Positions 40,434 through 50,913 of a stretch of 64,000 nucleotides of DNA are shown one piece after another. The stretch's first letter is position 1; each line of letters opens with the position of its first letter. Location: NCBI RefSeq assembly GCF_000737315.1, contig NZ_JMCB01000013.1:310001-374000 (forward strand), read 5' to 3'. A model generated the notes under the pieces. It saw only the letters and a program-made list of their open reading frames with translations, had not been told where the DNA came from and made no database searches. This DNA is from Hyalangium minutum (lineage in GTDB: Bacteria; Myxococcota; Myxococcia; Myxococcales; Myxococcaceae). Both the position numbers and the translations under genes were made by a program.

Positions 40434-41200
40434 ACGCGCTGGCCTGGTCAGGAATCTCTGCCATGGAGTGCCACTCACCGGAGTTGGATCATGAGCGGCG
40501 TTTCCATCCATCCGTCTCGGTGGTGGAAGCCTTCCTGAGCGCCGTGGGGCCTTTCACAGAGCCTCGGCGGTACGAGCTTGGCTACCCGCACGCCTTCACG
40601 CGCACGACGTACTTCGACACGGAAGAGCTGTCCCTGCTGTCCTCGAGGGGCACTGGCTCCGCGCAGCGCCTGCGGCTCCGGGAGTACGCCGGGGCGGTGG
40701 ATCTGGCGCAGCCTCCCGTCCTGACCGGCCAGCGGTTCCTCGAGGTGAAGGTGACGAGCGGGGAGCGGCGCATGAAGTCCCGCTGCCCGCTCTCGGGTGT
40801 GGAGGCGGAGGCGCTGCTGTCCGGCGCGCCTCTGCCCGAGGCGAGCGTCGCGGCGGAGCTGGTGCGGCGCCTCACCCCGGCTCCGGTCAAGCCGATGGTG
40901 ACGGCTTGGTACCGGCGCGTCACCCGGGTTACCTCCGACGAGCGGGTCCGCATCACCCTGGACGAGGATCTCACCTTTGCCCTGCCTCCGGCCCCGGGGG
41001 AGCCCGCGGCCCCCACGCGCCTGCTCCAGCGGGCTCCGTCGGCCCTGCTCGAGGTGAAGTGGCAGGCCCGCCTGCCGTACTGGCTCGAACGGGCGTTCGT
41101 GCCGCTGATGGCCTGCGAGACCCATGGCTCGAAGTTCGAGGAGGGAATGCGCGCGCTCTTCGGCGGAGCGCTCCCTCTTCCTCTCTCCAAAGCACGCTGA
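40430..41200 (+). CDS. VTC domain (CYTH-like, polyphosphate polymerase family) protein
   Basis: TTYFDT, RLRLREY, FLEVK, YRR, RITLD, LLEVK and SKF motif series. ATGA overlap with the CotH gene. Confidence 0.8.
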   Translation: MNALAWSGISAMECHSPELDHERRFHPSVSVVEAFLSAVGPFTEPRRYELGYPHAFTRTTYFDTEELSLLSSRGTGSAQRLRLREYAGAVDLAQPPVLTGQRFLEVKVTSGERRMKSRCPLSGVEAEALLSGAPLPEASVAAELVRRLTPAPVKPMVTAWYRRVTRVTSDERVRITLDEDLTFALPPAPGEPAAPTRLLQRAPSALLEVKWQARLPYWLERAFVPLMACETHGSKFEEGMRALFGGALPLPLSKAR

Positions 41201-41225
41201 GCTCACTTCCAAGGACTGTTTCCTC

Positions 41226-42407
41226 GTGCCTGCCTCTCTCTCTGTTCCCCGCCTGCTCCTCGCGGCGCTGCTGTTCTTCGGCCCTGCCGCTGGCGCCCAG
41301 GCCCGTTCCGAGACCGCTGCTCCCCCGCAGCAGGAGCCTGCGGCTCCCGCGACTCCGGAGCCTGTCCCCACCGTGGACACCCCCGATGACGCCATCCCCC
41401 CGGTGGCGGGCGATGGCGGCCTCGTGCTCCCCACGGCGATCGGCGAGGTGGTGGTGGGCGGCCGGGTCGATGTGCGCGAGACGCTCGAACATCCGCAGGG
41501 AGGCATCTGGGCCGGTGAGCTCACGATTCCCGCCGCGCGGCTCGAGCTCTCCTACCGGTGGAAGAAGCGCCTGCGCGCCGTGGTGGAGTTCGACGTCCGG
41601 GGCGAGATCAAGGATGCGTTCATCTGGCTGAAGATCGGCAAGGGCTTCTCCACCCGGGCGGGCCGCTTCAAGGTGCCCCTGTCTCTGGTGGAACTGGAGT
41701 CGGCCACGCGGCTGCCGGTCGTCCGCCGGGGCCTGCTGCGTGCCGTGCTGAACGACGCGCTGGGCCTCACGGGCCGGAGCGCGGGCGCGCAGCTGGAGTG
41801 GAAGTGCTCGCAGTGCACCCAGCAGCTCAAGGTGCAGGCGGGGGTGTGGCAGACGAGCGATCCGGACAACAAGGTCGCGCTGGAGCGAGGGCTCGGCCTC
41901 ATCCCGGCGATCCGAGGCTCCTATGAGCTCGAGAGCGTGGAGCTGGGAGCGTCCGCGCTCTATCAGCCCAAGGGCTCCAGCCCGGGCGGGGATGAGAGCA
42001 GCTGGATCGCCGGAGTCGATGCTCGGCACACGCTCTCGCTGAGCACGGGCGCGCTGCGCACCTGGGCCGAGGCCATGACGGGACGCTCGGCCCTCATCGG
42101 TGGCACGGGGAACATTCTCCTGGGCCGTGCGGTGAGCGCGTGGCGTCTGGGAGGAACCGCAGGCGGCCTGCCGTATGTGGAACCGTTCTTGATGCTCTCG
42201 GCGATGGATCCGGACCTCGACAGCCCGGATGACCTGCTGTGGGAGGGCGCGCTGGGCCTCAACGCCGGGCAGTGGCAGCGGTGGCGGATCCAAGCGCAGT
42301 TCGAAGTTCGCAAGGCCAGCGCGGGCGTGCCTCCCGTGCTCAAGGCCCTGGAAGAGAGCCTCGCTTCGCGGCGGGCCCTGCTGGTTCAACTGGAGGTGGG
42401 CTTCTAA
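41226..42407 (+). CDS. Outer-membrane porin, OprO/OprP-like
   Basis: Signal peptide, IKDAFIWL, GRFKVPLSL and a terminal LEVGF beta-signal. GTG start inferred. Confidence 0.65.
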   Translation: MPASLSVPRLLLAALLFFGPAAGAQARSETAAPPQQEPAAPATPEPVPTVDTPDDAIPPVAGDGGLVLPTAIGEVVVGGRVDVRETLEHPQGGIWAGELTIPAARLELSYRWKKRLRAVVEFDVRGEIKDAFIWLKIGKGFSTRAGRFKVPLSLVELESATRLPVVRRGLLRAVLNDALGLTGRSAGAQLEWKCSQCTQQLKVQAGVWQTSDPDNKVALERGLGLIPAIRGSYELESVELGASALYQPKGSSPGGDESSWIAGVDARHTLSLSTGALRTWAEAMTGRSALIGGTGNILLGRAVSAWRLGGTAGGLPYVEPFLMLSAMDPDLDSPDDLLWEGALGLNAGQWQRWRIQAQFEVRKASAGVPPVLKALEESLASRRALLVQLEVGF

Positions 42408-44086
42408 TGTTGATCGTGTTCGAGGGAATCGATGGGTCCGGGAAGACGACCCTCTCCAACCGGGTGGCCCAGGAACTGCGCCACGCGGGGCTGCGGGTCC
42501 GTCACGTCCGCGAGGGCGGGACGCTCGCGTCGACCGTCTCAGAGGATCTGCGGCGCTTCACGCGGGATCCTGCGCACCTGGCGCTCACGCCCACCGCCGA
42601 GCTGCTGCTCTATGCCGCGCGCGAGGCTCAGCTCCTGGAAGAGGTGACGCGCCCGGCGCTGGCCGAGCACGAGATCGTCATCACCGATCGCTTCCTCTAT
42701 ACCGCCGAGGTGTTGGCGCGGTGGGGGCGCGGTCTGCCGGAGGGCGTGGTGCGGCCGGTGGTCGAGGCGTCCGCGCGAGGCCTGACCCCCGACCGCGTCT
42801 TCCTCATGGACGTGGATCCCGCGCTGGCGCGGGCCCGCCGCCGTATTTCGAAGATCCTCGTTCCGAAGGTAGGCGCGCCCTCCCGGAAGGGGCTGGCGGG
42901 AGCCGGGCTGCAGGTGAGGCTGCGCTCGGGCTACCGCACCCTGGCGGCCGAGGCTCCCGAGCGGTGGACCCTGCTCGAGAACGCGGGAGTGACCCTCGAT
43001 CAGCTCGTTCAGCAGGTGGTCCAGGAGATCCTCCAGGCGCGCGCCGGCGCCGCTCCTTCGGCGCGCACGGGCCGCCCGCCCCCGTCCTCCGTCCGCTCGG
43101 TGGAGGAGGCACGCGCGCGGTTCCTCCAGCACATCGATACCTGGATGACGGAGGAGCCGCCCCTGGCCGCCTACTTCCTGTTGGGGATGGAGGGGGCAGA
43201 CATGATGGAGCGCCGCAAGCGCATGGCGGAGCGATGCCCGGAGCTGGTGGCGCACAGCCTCGCCGGTTGCTCGGACGAGGCCTCGTGGCAGCTCCGGCGG
43301 CAGCTCGTGGACACCGCTCCGAGGCAGGTGCTGGAGTCCCTCTCTCAGGAATTCGCGGATGCGCCGGAGGCGTGGGCGCTCCGGGAGAAGCTGATCGCGC
43401 TGTACCCCCGGGAGGTCGCGGTCTCGCTCAGTGGGCTCGACTCGGAGCAGGCCTGGCGCATGCGGGAGCACCTCTACTTCGCCTCGTGGGAGGGCGTGAT
43501 CACCTCCCTGGCGGGGCTCGACAGTCCGCGGGCGTGGGCCGATCGCCTGCGCTGGCTCTCGGATGCGGGCGGGGAAGAGGCGCTGGGGTTGGAGAACGTG
43601 GCCCGGACGGGGTGCCGCTCCATCCGAGGACTCGACGGCGAGCAGGCCTGGAGGTGGCGTGAGCGCGCCTGGGCCATCGCGCCGGATGCCGTGCTCCGCT
43701 CGCTGGCGGGGCTCACGAGCACGCGCTCCTGGGAACTCCGGGAGCAGCACGTGGCCCGCGCGCCTCGGGCCGTGCTGAGCACGCTCGATGGGCTGGACCA
43801 CTCTCGGGCGTGGGCGCTGCGCGAGTCCTTCGGCGCGCAGTGTGAAGAGGTGCTGGACTCCATCTTTGGCATGGAAGGCTCCGCGGCCTGGGGACTGCGC
43901 ACGGCGCTGGCGGACACGTGGCCCGCCACGACCGTGAGGAGCCTGGGCCCGCTGCTCCAGACGCCACGAGGCAGGGCGCTCGCCGAGCGGCTGCTGGCGA
44001 GCAACCCTCAAGACTTCGCTTTGCTGCGCCAGGCCGCCCGCGGCGCACCCGACACCTCTTTGGGAGGCCTCCATGCCACCGCTTGA
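42407..44086 (+). CDS. Thymidylate kinase-like P-loop domain fused to about nine 27-aa helical repeats
   Basis: IVFEGIDGSGKTT, ELLLYAAR, ITDRF and PDRVFLMDVDP, then SLxGLDSxxAWxLRE repeats. TAATG overlap with the porin gene. Confidence 0.82.
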   Translation: MLIVFEGIDGSGKTTLSNRVAQELRHAGLRVRHVREGGTLASTVSEDLRRFTRDPAHLALTPTAELLLYAAREAQLLEEVTRPALAEHEIVITDRFLYTAEVLARWGRGLPEGVVRPVVEASARGLTPDRVFLMDVDPALARARRRISKILVPKVGAPSRKGLAGAGLQVRLRSGYRTLAAEAPERWTLLENAGVTLDQLVQQVVQEILQARAGAAPSARTGRPPPSSVRSVEEARARFLQHIDTWMTEEPPLAAYFLLGMEGADMMERRKRMAERCPELVAHSLAGCSDEASWQLRRQLVDTAPRQVLESLSQEFADAPEAWALREKLIALYPREVAVSLSGLDSEQAWRMREHLYFASWEGVITSLAGLDSPRAWADRLRWLSDAGGEEALGLENVARTGCRSIRGLDGEQAWRWRERAWAIAPDAVLRSLAGLTSTRSWELREQHVARAPRAVLSTLDGLDHSRAWALRESFGAQCEEVLDSIFGMEGSAAWGLRTALADTWPATTVRSLGPLLQTPRGRALAERLLASNPQDFALLRQAARGAPDTSLGGLHATA

Positions 44087-44741
44087 GAACGTATGGCAGG
44101 GGCTCGACGTCGGGCCTCATGCGCTCACCACCTCTATGTTGTTGATGCGCTTCTCGATGGCCCTGGTGCTAGGGGCGTTCCTGGCCTACCGGCCGTGGCG
44201 CAAGATCCTGCCCAACGCGCCGCCGATCGTGCCGGAGACCGCCCACACGCATGTGCTGATCGCCGTGGCGGGCGCGGTGATGACGACGGTCATCGGGGAC
44301 AGCATGTCCCGGGCCTTTGGCCTGGTGGGGCTGGGAGGCTTTATCCGCTTCCGCTCGGGCATCAAGGACCCGCGGGATGCGGCGGCCATGTTCGTGATGA
44401 TCGGCGTGGGCATGGCGTGCGGGCTGGGCGCCGCGTCCGTGGCGGCCTGTGCGGCGGTGTTCTTCGGCGGAGTGCTGCTGGTGCTGGATGCGGTCAGCAA
44501 GCGGCGCATGGAGACGGTGCAGCTGTCGCTGGGGCTCGAGGACGTGGGCGCCGCCGTGCCGGCCCTGAAGGCACTGCATCCAGAAGCCCGCTTCCTCTCG
44601 CTCGAGCAGGAGCCGTCGTCCCCATCCGGCACCGTGCTCATTGAACTCCTCGTGCCCGCTCAGTCCGATGGGCTCGAGCTGCTCCAGGGGCTGCGCAAAG
44701 GCCTCCCCGGAGTCCAACGCGCGTCCATCGATCCAGGGTGA
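44073..44741 (+). CDS. DUF4956 family membrane protein
   Basis: VIGDSMSRAFGLVGLGGFIRFRSGIKDPRD...IGVGMACGLG. Confidence 0.82.
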   Translation: MPPLENVWQGLDVGPHALTTSMLLMRFSMALVLGAFLAYRPWRKILPNAPPIVPETAHTHVLIAVAGAVMTTVIGDSMSRAFGLVGLGGFIRFRSGIKDPRDAAAMFVMIGVGMACGLGAASVAACAAVFFGGVLLVLDAVSKRRMETVQLSLGLEDVGAAVPALKALHPEARFLSLEQEPSSPSGTVLIELLVPAQSDGLELLQGLRKGLPGVQRASIDPG

Positions 44742-44801
44742 AGACGCGGCCCCGTTCTGTGTCACTTGCCGCGCCCTCCGAGAGGGCGCTCAGGAGGTTG
44801 C

Positions 44802-45428
44802 ATGCTCCAGAAGCTGATGCCCAAGTCTGATGCGTTCTTCAACGACTTCGATAGCCAGTGCGCGGTGACGGTGGAAGGGACACGGCTGCTGCACGGGCTG
44901 ATGTGCGACTACCGCGATGTGTCCACCCGGGTGCAGGCCCTCAAGGAACTGGAGCACAAGGGGGACTCCGTGGCGCACGAGGCCTTCAACCGCCTGCACA
45001 AGGAGTTCATCACCCCGTTCGATCGGACGCAGATCCACAAGCTGCTGTCGCGCATCGACGACGTGCTGGACTTCACCAATGCGGCGGCAGCCCGGCTCCA
45101 CTATTACGAGATCCAGTCCACGCTGCCGGAGGCCACGGAGCTGTCACGGCTGCTGGTGCTGTGCGCGGAGAAGGTCCAGGAGGTGGTGTCGATGCTGCGG
45201 CTCATCAAGAAGCCGGAGCAGATCCTCGCTGGCTGCAAGGCCATCAAGCAGCTGGAGACCCAGGCGGACGAGACACTGCGCGCCGGCATGGGCCGGCTCT
45301 TCAAGAGCGGCGTGGACCACCTCACTGTCATCAAGTGGAAGGAGATCTACGATCTGCTCGAGAGCGCCACGGACCGGTGCCTCGATGTGGCCGATGTCAT
45401 CGAGGGCGTGGTCCTGGAGCACTCCTGA
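44802..45428 (+). CDS. DUF47 (PhoU-like phosphate transport regulator) protein
   Basis: LEHKGD, FITPFDRTQI, IDDVLD, LETQAD and WKEIYDLLESATDRC. GGAGG RBS. Confidence 0.88.
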   Translation: MLQKLMPKSDAFFNDFDSQCAVTVEGTRLLHGLMCDYRDVSTRVQALKELEHKGDSVAHEAFNRLHKEFITPFDRTQIHKLLSRIDDVLDFTNAAAARLHYYEIQSTLPEATELSRLLVLCAEKVQEVVSMLRLIKKPEQILAGCKAIKQLETQADETLRAGMGRLFKSGVDHLTVIKWKEIYDLLESATDRCLDVADVIEGVVLEHS

Positions 45429-45430
45429 GG

Positions 45431-47140
45431 TCAGGGTCCTCGCAGAGGTGAGCGGTCCAAGGCCTGCGCGAAGGCATCCTGATGACTGCCAGCGATGCAG
45501 AGCGGAATTCCCTCCAGGACGCCACAGCGCGCGCCGGCCTGTAGAAAGGGTGAGAGGTGCTCCGGCAGCACCACGTACGCCGTGTCCGCGGCGATCCCTT
45601 CCTTGGGAAGAGCGGCGCGGCACTCCTCGATCAAGGCGGTGGGAGGGCGTGCGGCATAGCCACTGTTGAAGGTGAGCTTGAGCCGGTACGCCGTGTAGGC
45701 CAGCGCGTTCACCAGCGGCTCCTCGTAGCGGCACGCCCACTGGACCTGAGGTGGGAAGAGCGAGAGGTGCTGGTACGTGCCTCTGAGGGTTTCCCACTCG
45801 GGGGCACGCAGACGGTGGAAGCGCGTCTGCACGCGCAGCGGGCTTCGGTCGGCGCGCCAGTCGTACGCTTGGAGGGCGAGCACGAGCCCCAGCACCGTGG
45901 CGCTCACTGCGGGCCGCTCGCGCCAAAGCCTTACCAGCAGCACCAGGGCCCCACAGAACAAGAGGTAGTGCAGCGGCCAGATGAAGCGCCCAGAGGCTCG
46001 GAACGCCGACGTCTGGCCCGAGAGTGGCGCGTACAGCTTCACCAGCTCCACCACGGGCTGTCCCAGCCACGTCACGCGCCAGGACAGGGCGTACACAGCG
46101 AGCCCCAGTCCCACGGCCAGTGCCGGTACCACGCGGCGCCAGGGGAGCGTGCGCGCCTCGCGGAAGTGCAGCGCTGCGCTGGCCAGAGTCAGGGCTACTA
46201 GCAGCAGCCCGCCCGCTCCCAGGAATCCGTAGCCCTCGCCCTGGCGCGGCATGGCGGGCAGGGTCGGCAGCAGCTTTGACCAGCCCATGGGGTTGATGAA
46301 CGTGGCGAGGTCCGACGAGAAGTCGCCGAAGCCCTCCGCGCCCAGCTCGGTGCCGATGAAGTAGCCGAAGGAGGAGAAGAGCAGGGCATTCATGACCACG
46401 ATGGCGCCCATCGTCACCGCGACCCGCATGGGGCTCAGCACCCGGCTCAATGCCAGCCGCACGCCCAGTGCCAGCGTGAGAGGGAAGAGCATGGCCACCC
46501 AGTAAGGGTGGGTCCCAGCGCTGACGGCATTGAAGAAGGCCGACAGTGCGAGGAGGCGCCAGGCCGTGCGCGCATCCGGAGCAGCGCGCAAGTTGAGCCA
46601 CAGCAGCGCCACCAGCAGCCAGTGTGTGCACAGGGCAGGGTGGCCAAAGCGAGCGCCGAGCACGGGCGCCAGCGCTACCAGGACACCTCCCAGCACCTGG
46701 TGGATCGCGCGAGGCGACACGGTCTCCACCAACCGCGCGCCGAAATAGCCCATCAGCGCGAAGCTCAGGCCCATCCACGGACCGATGTACTGGAAGTCTA
46801 CCGGCAGGAGTCCCGAGAGCGGCTTGAGCAGCACGGCCGCCCACGGGATGCTGTCGGTGAGCGCCACCGAGGTGCCGTACGGGTAGAAGTGGTTGGGCAG
46901 CGAGCCGAGCGGGAAGGTCCAGGGCGCATTGCGGAAGAAGAGCCAGCCCACGGCGTTCATGGCCCAGTCTTCCCGCATCAACCAGTCAAGGCGTGTGGGC
47001 CGCAGTGCCACCGCGCCCCCGAGCCACAGGAACCAGCCCAGCCCGCCGAGGGCGGCCAGCCACCGAGGCAGGTGGCTCCGCAACGCAGGGGCCACCGTGG
47101 GCGTAGGACTGGCAGGGGAGGGCGCGGACGGCTCGGACAT
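45431..47140 (-). CDS. DUF6311-like polytopic membrane protein (possible GT-C-type transferase)
   Basis: Many TM segments with WLFFRNAPWTFP, ALTDSIP, EGYGFLGAG and FRASGRFIWP. Confidence 0.68.
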   Translation of the reverse strand: MSEPSAPSPASPTPTVAPALRSHLPRWLAALGGLGWFLWLGGAVALRPTRLDWLMREDWAMNAVGWLFFRNAPWTFPLGSLPNHFYPYGTSVALTDSIPWAAVLLKPLSGLLPVDFQYIGPWMGLSFALMGYFGARLVETVSPRAIHQVLGGVLVALAPVLGARFGHPALCTHWLLVALLWLNLRAAPDARTAWRLLALSAFFNAVSAGTHPYWVAMLFPLTLALGVRLALSRVLSPMRVAVTMGAIVVMNALLFSSFGYFIGTELGAEGFGDFSSDLATFINPMGWSKLLPTLPAMPRQGEGYGFLGAGGLLLVALTLASAALHFREARTLPWRRVVPALAVGLGLAVYALSWRVTWLGQPVVELVKLYAPLSGQTSAFRASGRFIWPLHYLLFCGALVLLVRLWRERPAVSATVLGLVLALQAYDWRADRSPLRVQTRFHRLRAPEWETLRGTYQHLSLFPPQVQWACRYEEPLVNALAYTAYRLKLTFNSGYAARPPTALIEECRAALPKEGIAADTAYVVLPEHLSPFLQAGARCGVLEGIPLCIAGSHQDAFAQALDRSPLRGP

Positions 47141-47153
47141 GGGCGGAACAGGC

Positions 47154-47570
47154 TCATACTCCAGATGCGCTACCCTCTGAAGGCCGTAGCGCACTGCCCG
47201 TGGAGGTGCTCAGGAAGGCGCGCCATTCCCGCTGCCCGGCGCCGGGCTCGGACATCTCGGCGATGGTCCGGCAGATCTTGTCTGCACCTTCGAGCCCCGT
47301 GGCCTCACCGAAGCGCAAGTCCCCACCGAAGCCATTCTGGCTGCCCGAGAGCTGACGCATGGCCTCGAGGCTCGTCACGAAGAAGCTGAAGGGCCGGCTC
47401 CCGTCCGAAGTCCCTCCGTCAGAGCCGCCGCCGTCGGTGGAACCATCGGCCCCTGCATCACCTTCCGTATCGCTGCCACCCGGGTCCGTGTCCGTGTCCG
47501 AAGTGTCCGGACTGCAGGCGGAGATGCAGACGCCCAGGGCCACGAGTGCAACGCAGAGTCTGTTCTTCAT
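47154..47570 (-). pseudogene. C-terminally truncated lipoprotein
   Basis: Lipobox ISAC, an acidic Gly linker, then SFFVTS...GFGGDLRFG...GADKICR...WRAFLSTS. The frame ends shortly after, at the point where I recall homologs continuing. Confidence 0.5.
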
Positions 47571-47641
47571 GATGAGTGCTCCCTCCCTCACGACGGTGCG
47601 ACGAAGCTCTCGAGGAGCTTTTCTGCTGCGGAGGGGGCCGC

Positions 47642-48921
47642 TCAGAGTTGACGGCCCAGGGCTCGGGCCAGCTCGGTACGGGCGGTGGCGATCTGGTACT
47701 CGGCCTGGACGCGCTGTGACGCGGCGTTCGTCGCCTGCACCTGGGCGTCTCCCAGCTCGATGATGTTGCCCACGCCTGCCGTGTAGCGGCCCTCGGCCAG
47801 GCGCAGGCGCTCGCGGGCATTGGCCAGGGCCTCCTCGGCGGCGGCCAAGCTCTCTCGGGAAGAGTGGACGGAGAGCTGTGCGCGCTCCACCTCGAGCCGG
47901 ACCTGTTGCCGGAGCGTGTCCCGCTGCGCCTGGAGGCTGGTCAGGGTGGCTTCCTGCTCACGGACCTGGGCGCGTGTGATCCCGCCCTGGAACAGGGGCC
48001 AACTGAGGACGAGCTGGCCGGTCAGGTTCCACTGGGTCTGGCTCAGGTTCGTCCCCGAGTCCGAGCCATTCACCGCGGCCGACAGGCTGGGCCAGTACCC
48101 CCGCCGTGTGGCGGTCAGCTGAAGCTCCTGCGCGCGGAGCTGCGCGGCACTGGCCGCCAGATCCGGCCGGTTCGTCAGCGCCGAGTCCACGAGGGTGTCC
48201 AGCGGCTGCTCCTCGCCCTCCACGGCGGCGGTGGTCACCTCCTGCACCGTGTAGTCCGTGGCTCCCTCCAAGCCCATGGCCTGGTTGAGCTGGGCCTTGC
48301 TGGTGGCGTAGGTGGTCTGAGCCTGGATGAGCTGGAGCCGTGCGTTGGCGAGCGAGGTCCGCTGCTGGAGCAGATCGATCTCCGGCCGCGTGCCCACCTC
48401 CACCTGGGCCTGCACCTGGCGCAGGTGGGTCTCCTCGTTCTGCAGCGTCTCTTTCGCCACCTGGACGAGGGACTGCTGGGCGAGCACGCTGAAGTAGGCG
48501 GTGCGGACGTTGGCCTGCACCTCCAGCTGTGTCTGCTCCGCCGAGGAGGCCTGAGCCTCCGCCGAGCTCTGGGACGAGCGCCACCGGCCGCTCGTCTGCC
48601 CGAAGTCGTAGAGGAGCTGGCTCGCGGTGGCACCCACGCTGAAGCCGCTGCCGCGGGGCGAGGTGGTCCCTGGGTCCACGGTGTCAGTGCCCGTCGAGCC
48701 CGACGTGGAGCGCTGATACGAGGCACTGGCGTTCACCTGGGGCAGCAGGGAGGCCTTGCGCTGATCCGCTCGCGCGCGGGCTGCCTCGGTTTCGGCCTGG
48801 GCCTGCCGCAGCTGGGGCTGGCGGGACTGGGCGTTCTGCAGTGCCTCTTCAAGGGAGAGCACGCTCTCGGCCCGGGCGGGGAGCGCGGCACAGAGCAGGG
48901 CAATGAGGAGGAGCGGGCGCA

Positions 48922-48925
<4 letters not shown>
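47642..48925 (-). CDS. TolC family outer-membrane efflux protein
   Basis: LLPQVNASAS, QLLYDFG and AEGRYTAGVGNIIELGDAQ. ATGA overlap with the permease gene. Confidence 0.88.
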
Positions 48926-50150
<1,225 letters not shown>

Positions 50151-50154
<4 letters not shown>

Positions 50155-50894
50155 GACAGCGCCTCTTCCAGTTCGGGGATCACGGCGGGCTGCGCCACCT
50201 GCCGCTGGTCCGAGCGGATCCGGCCATCACGCACCACCACCACGCGATCGGTGTGGCTGGCGATGTCGGGTTCGTGTGTGACGAGGATGATGGTGAGTCC
50301 CTCACTGCGCAGCTCCTGGAAGAGGGCCATCACCTCGATGCTGGTGCGCGAGTCCAGGTTGCCGGTGGGCTCGTCGGCGAGGATGACGGGAGGCCGGTTC
50401 ACCAGCGCCCGTGCGATGGCCACACGCTGCTGCTGGCCACCGGAGAGCTGGCGCGGGTGGTGATCCAGGCGAGCGCCCAGGCCCACCCGCTCGAGCGCCT
50501 CTTTCGCCCGCTGCCGCCGCTCACGGGCAGGGACGCCCGCGTAGAGCAGAGGCAACTCCACGTTCTCCAGGGCCGAGGTGCGCGCCAGCAGGTTGAAGCT
50601 CTGGAAGACGAAGCCCAGGGTGCGGTTGCGCAGGCTCGCCAGGGCGTTGCGATCCAGCCCCGAGACGTCCACGCCCTGCAGCAGGTACTCCCCCGCGGTG
50701 GGCCGGTCCAGGCAGCCCAGGATGTTCATCAGCGTGGACTTGCCGGAGCCGCTGGAGCCCATGATGGCGACGAAGTCCCCTGCGTCCACGGTGAAGTCCA
50801 CGCCGCGCAGGGCGGCGACCTCCACGTCTCCCGTCTGATAGATCTTGCTCACGCCGCTCAGCTCGATGAGCGGCGGTTGGCCGTCGTGTCTCAT
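50151..50894 (-). CDS. MacB/LolD-like ABC ATP-binding protein
   Basis: GSSGSGKS, LSGGQQQR and ILADEPTGNLD. Confidence 0.92.
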
Positions 50895-50913
50895 TGGCTC
50901 TCTCCTCCACGCC

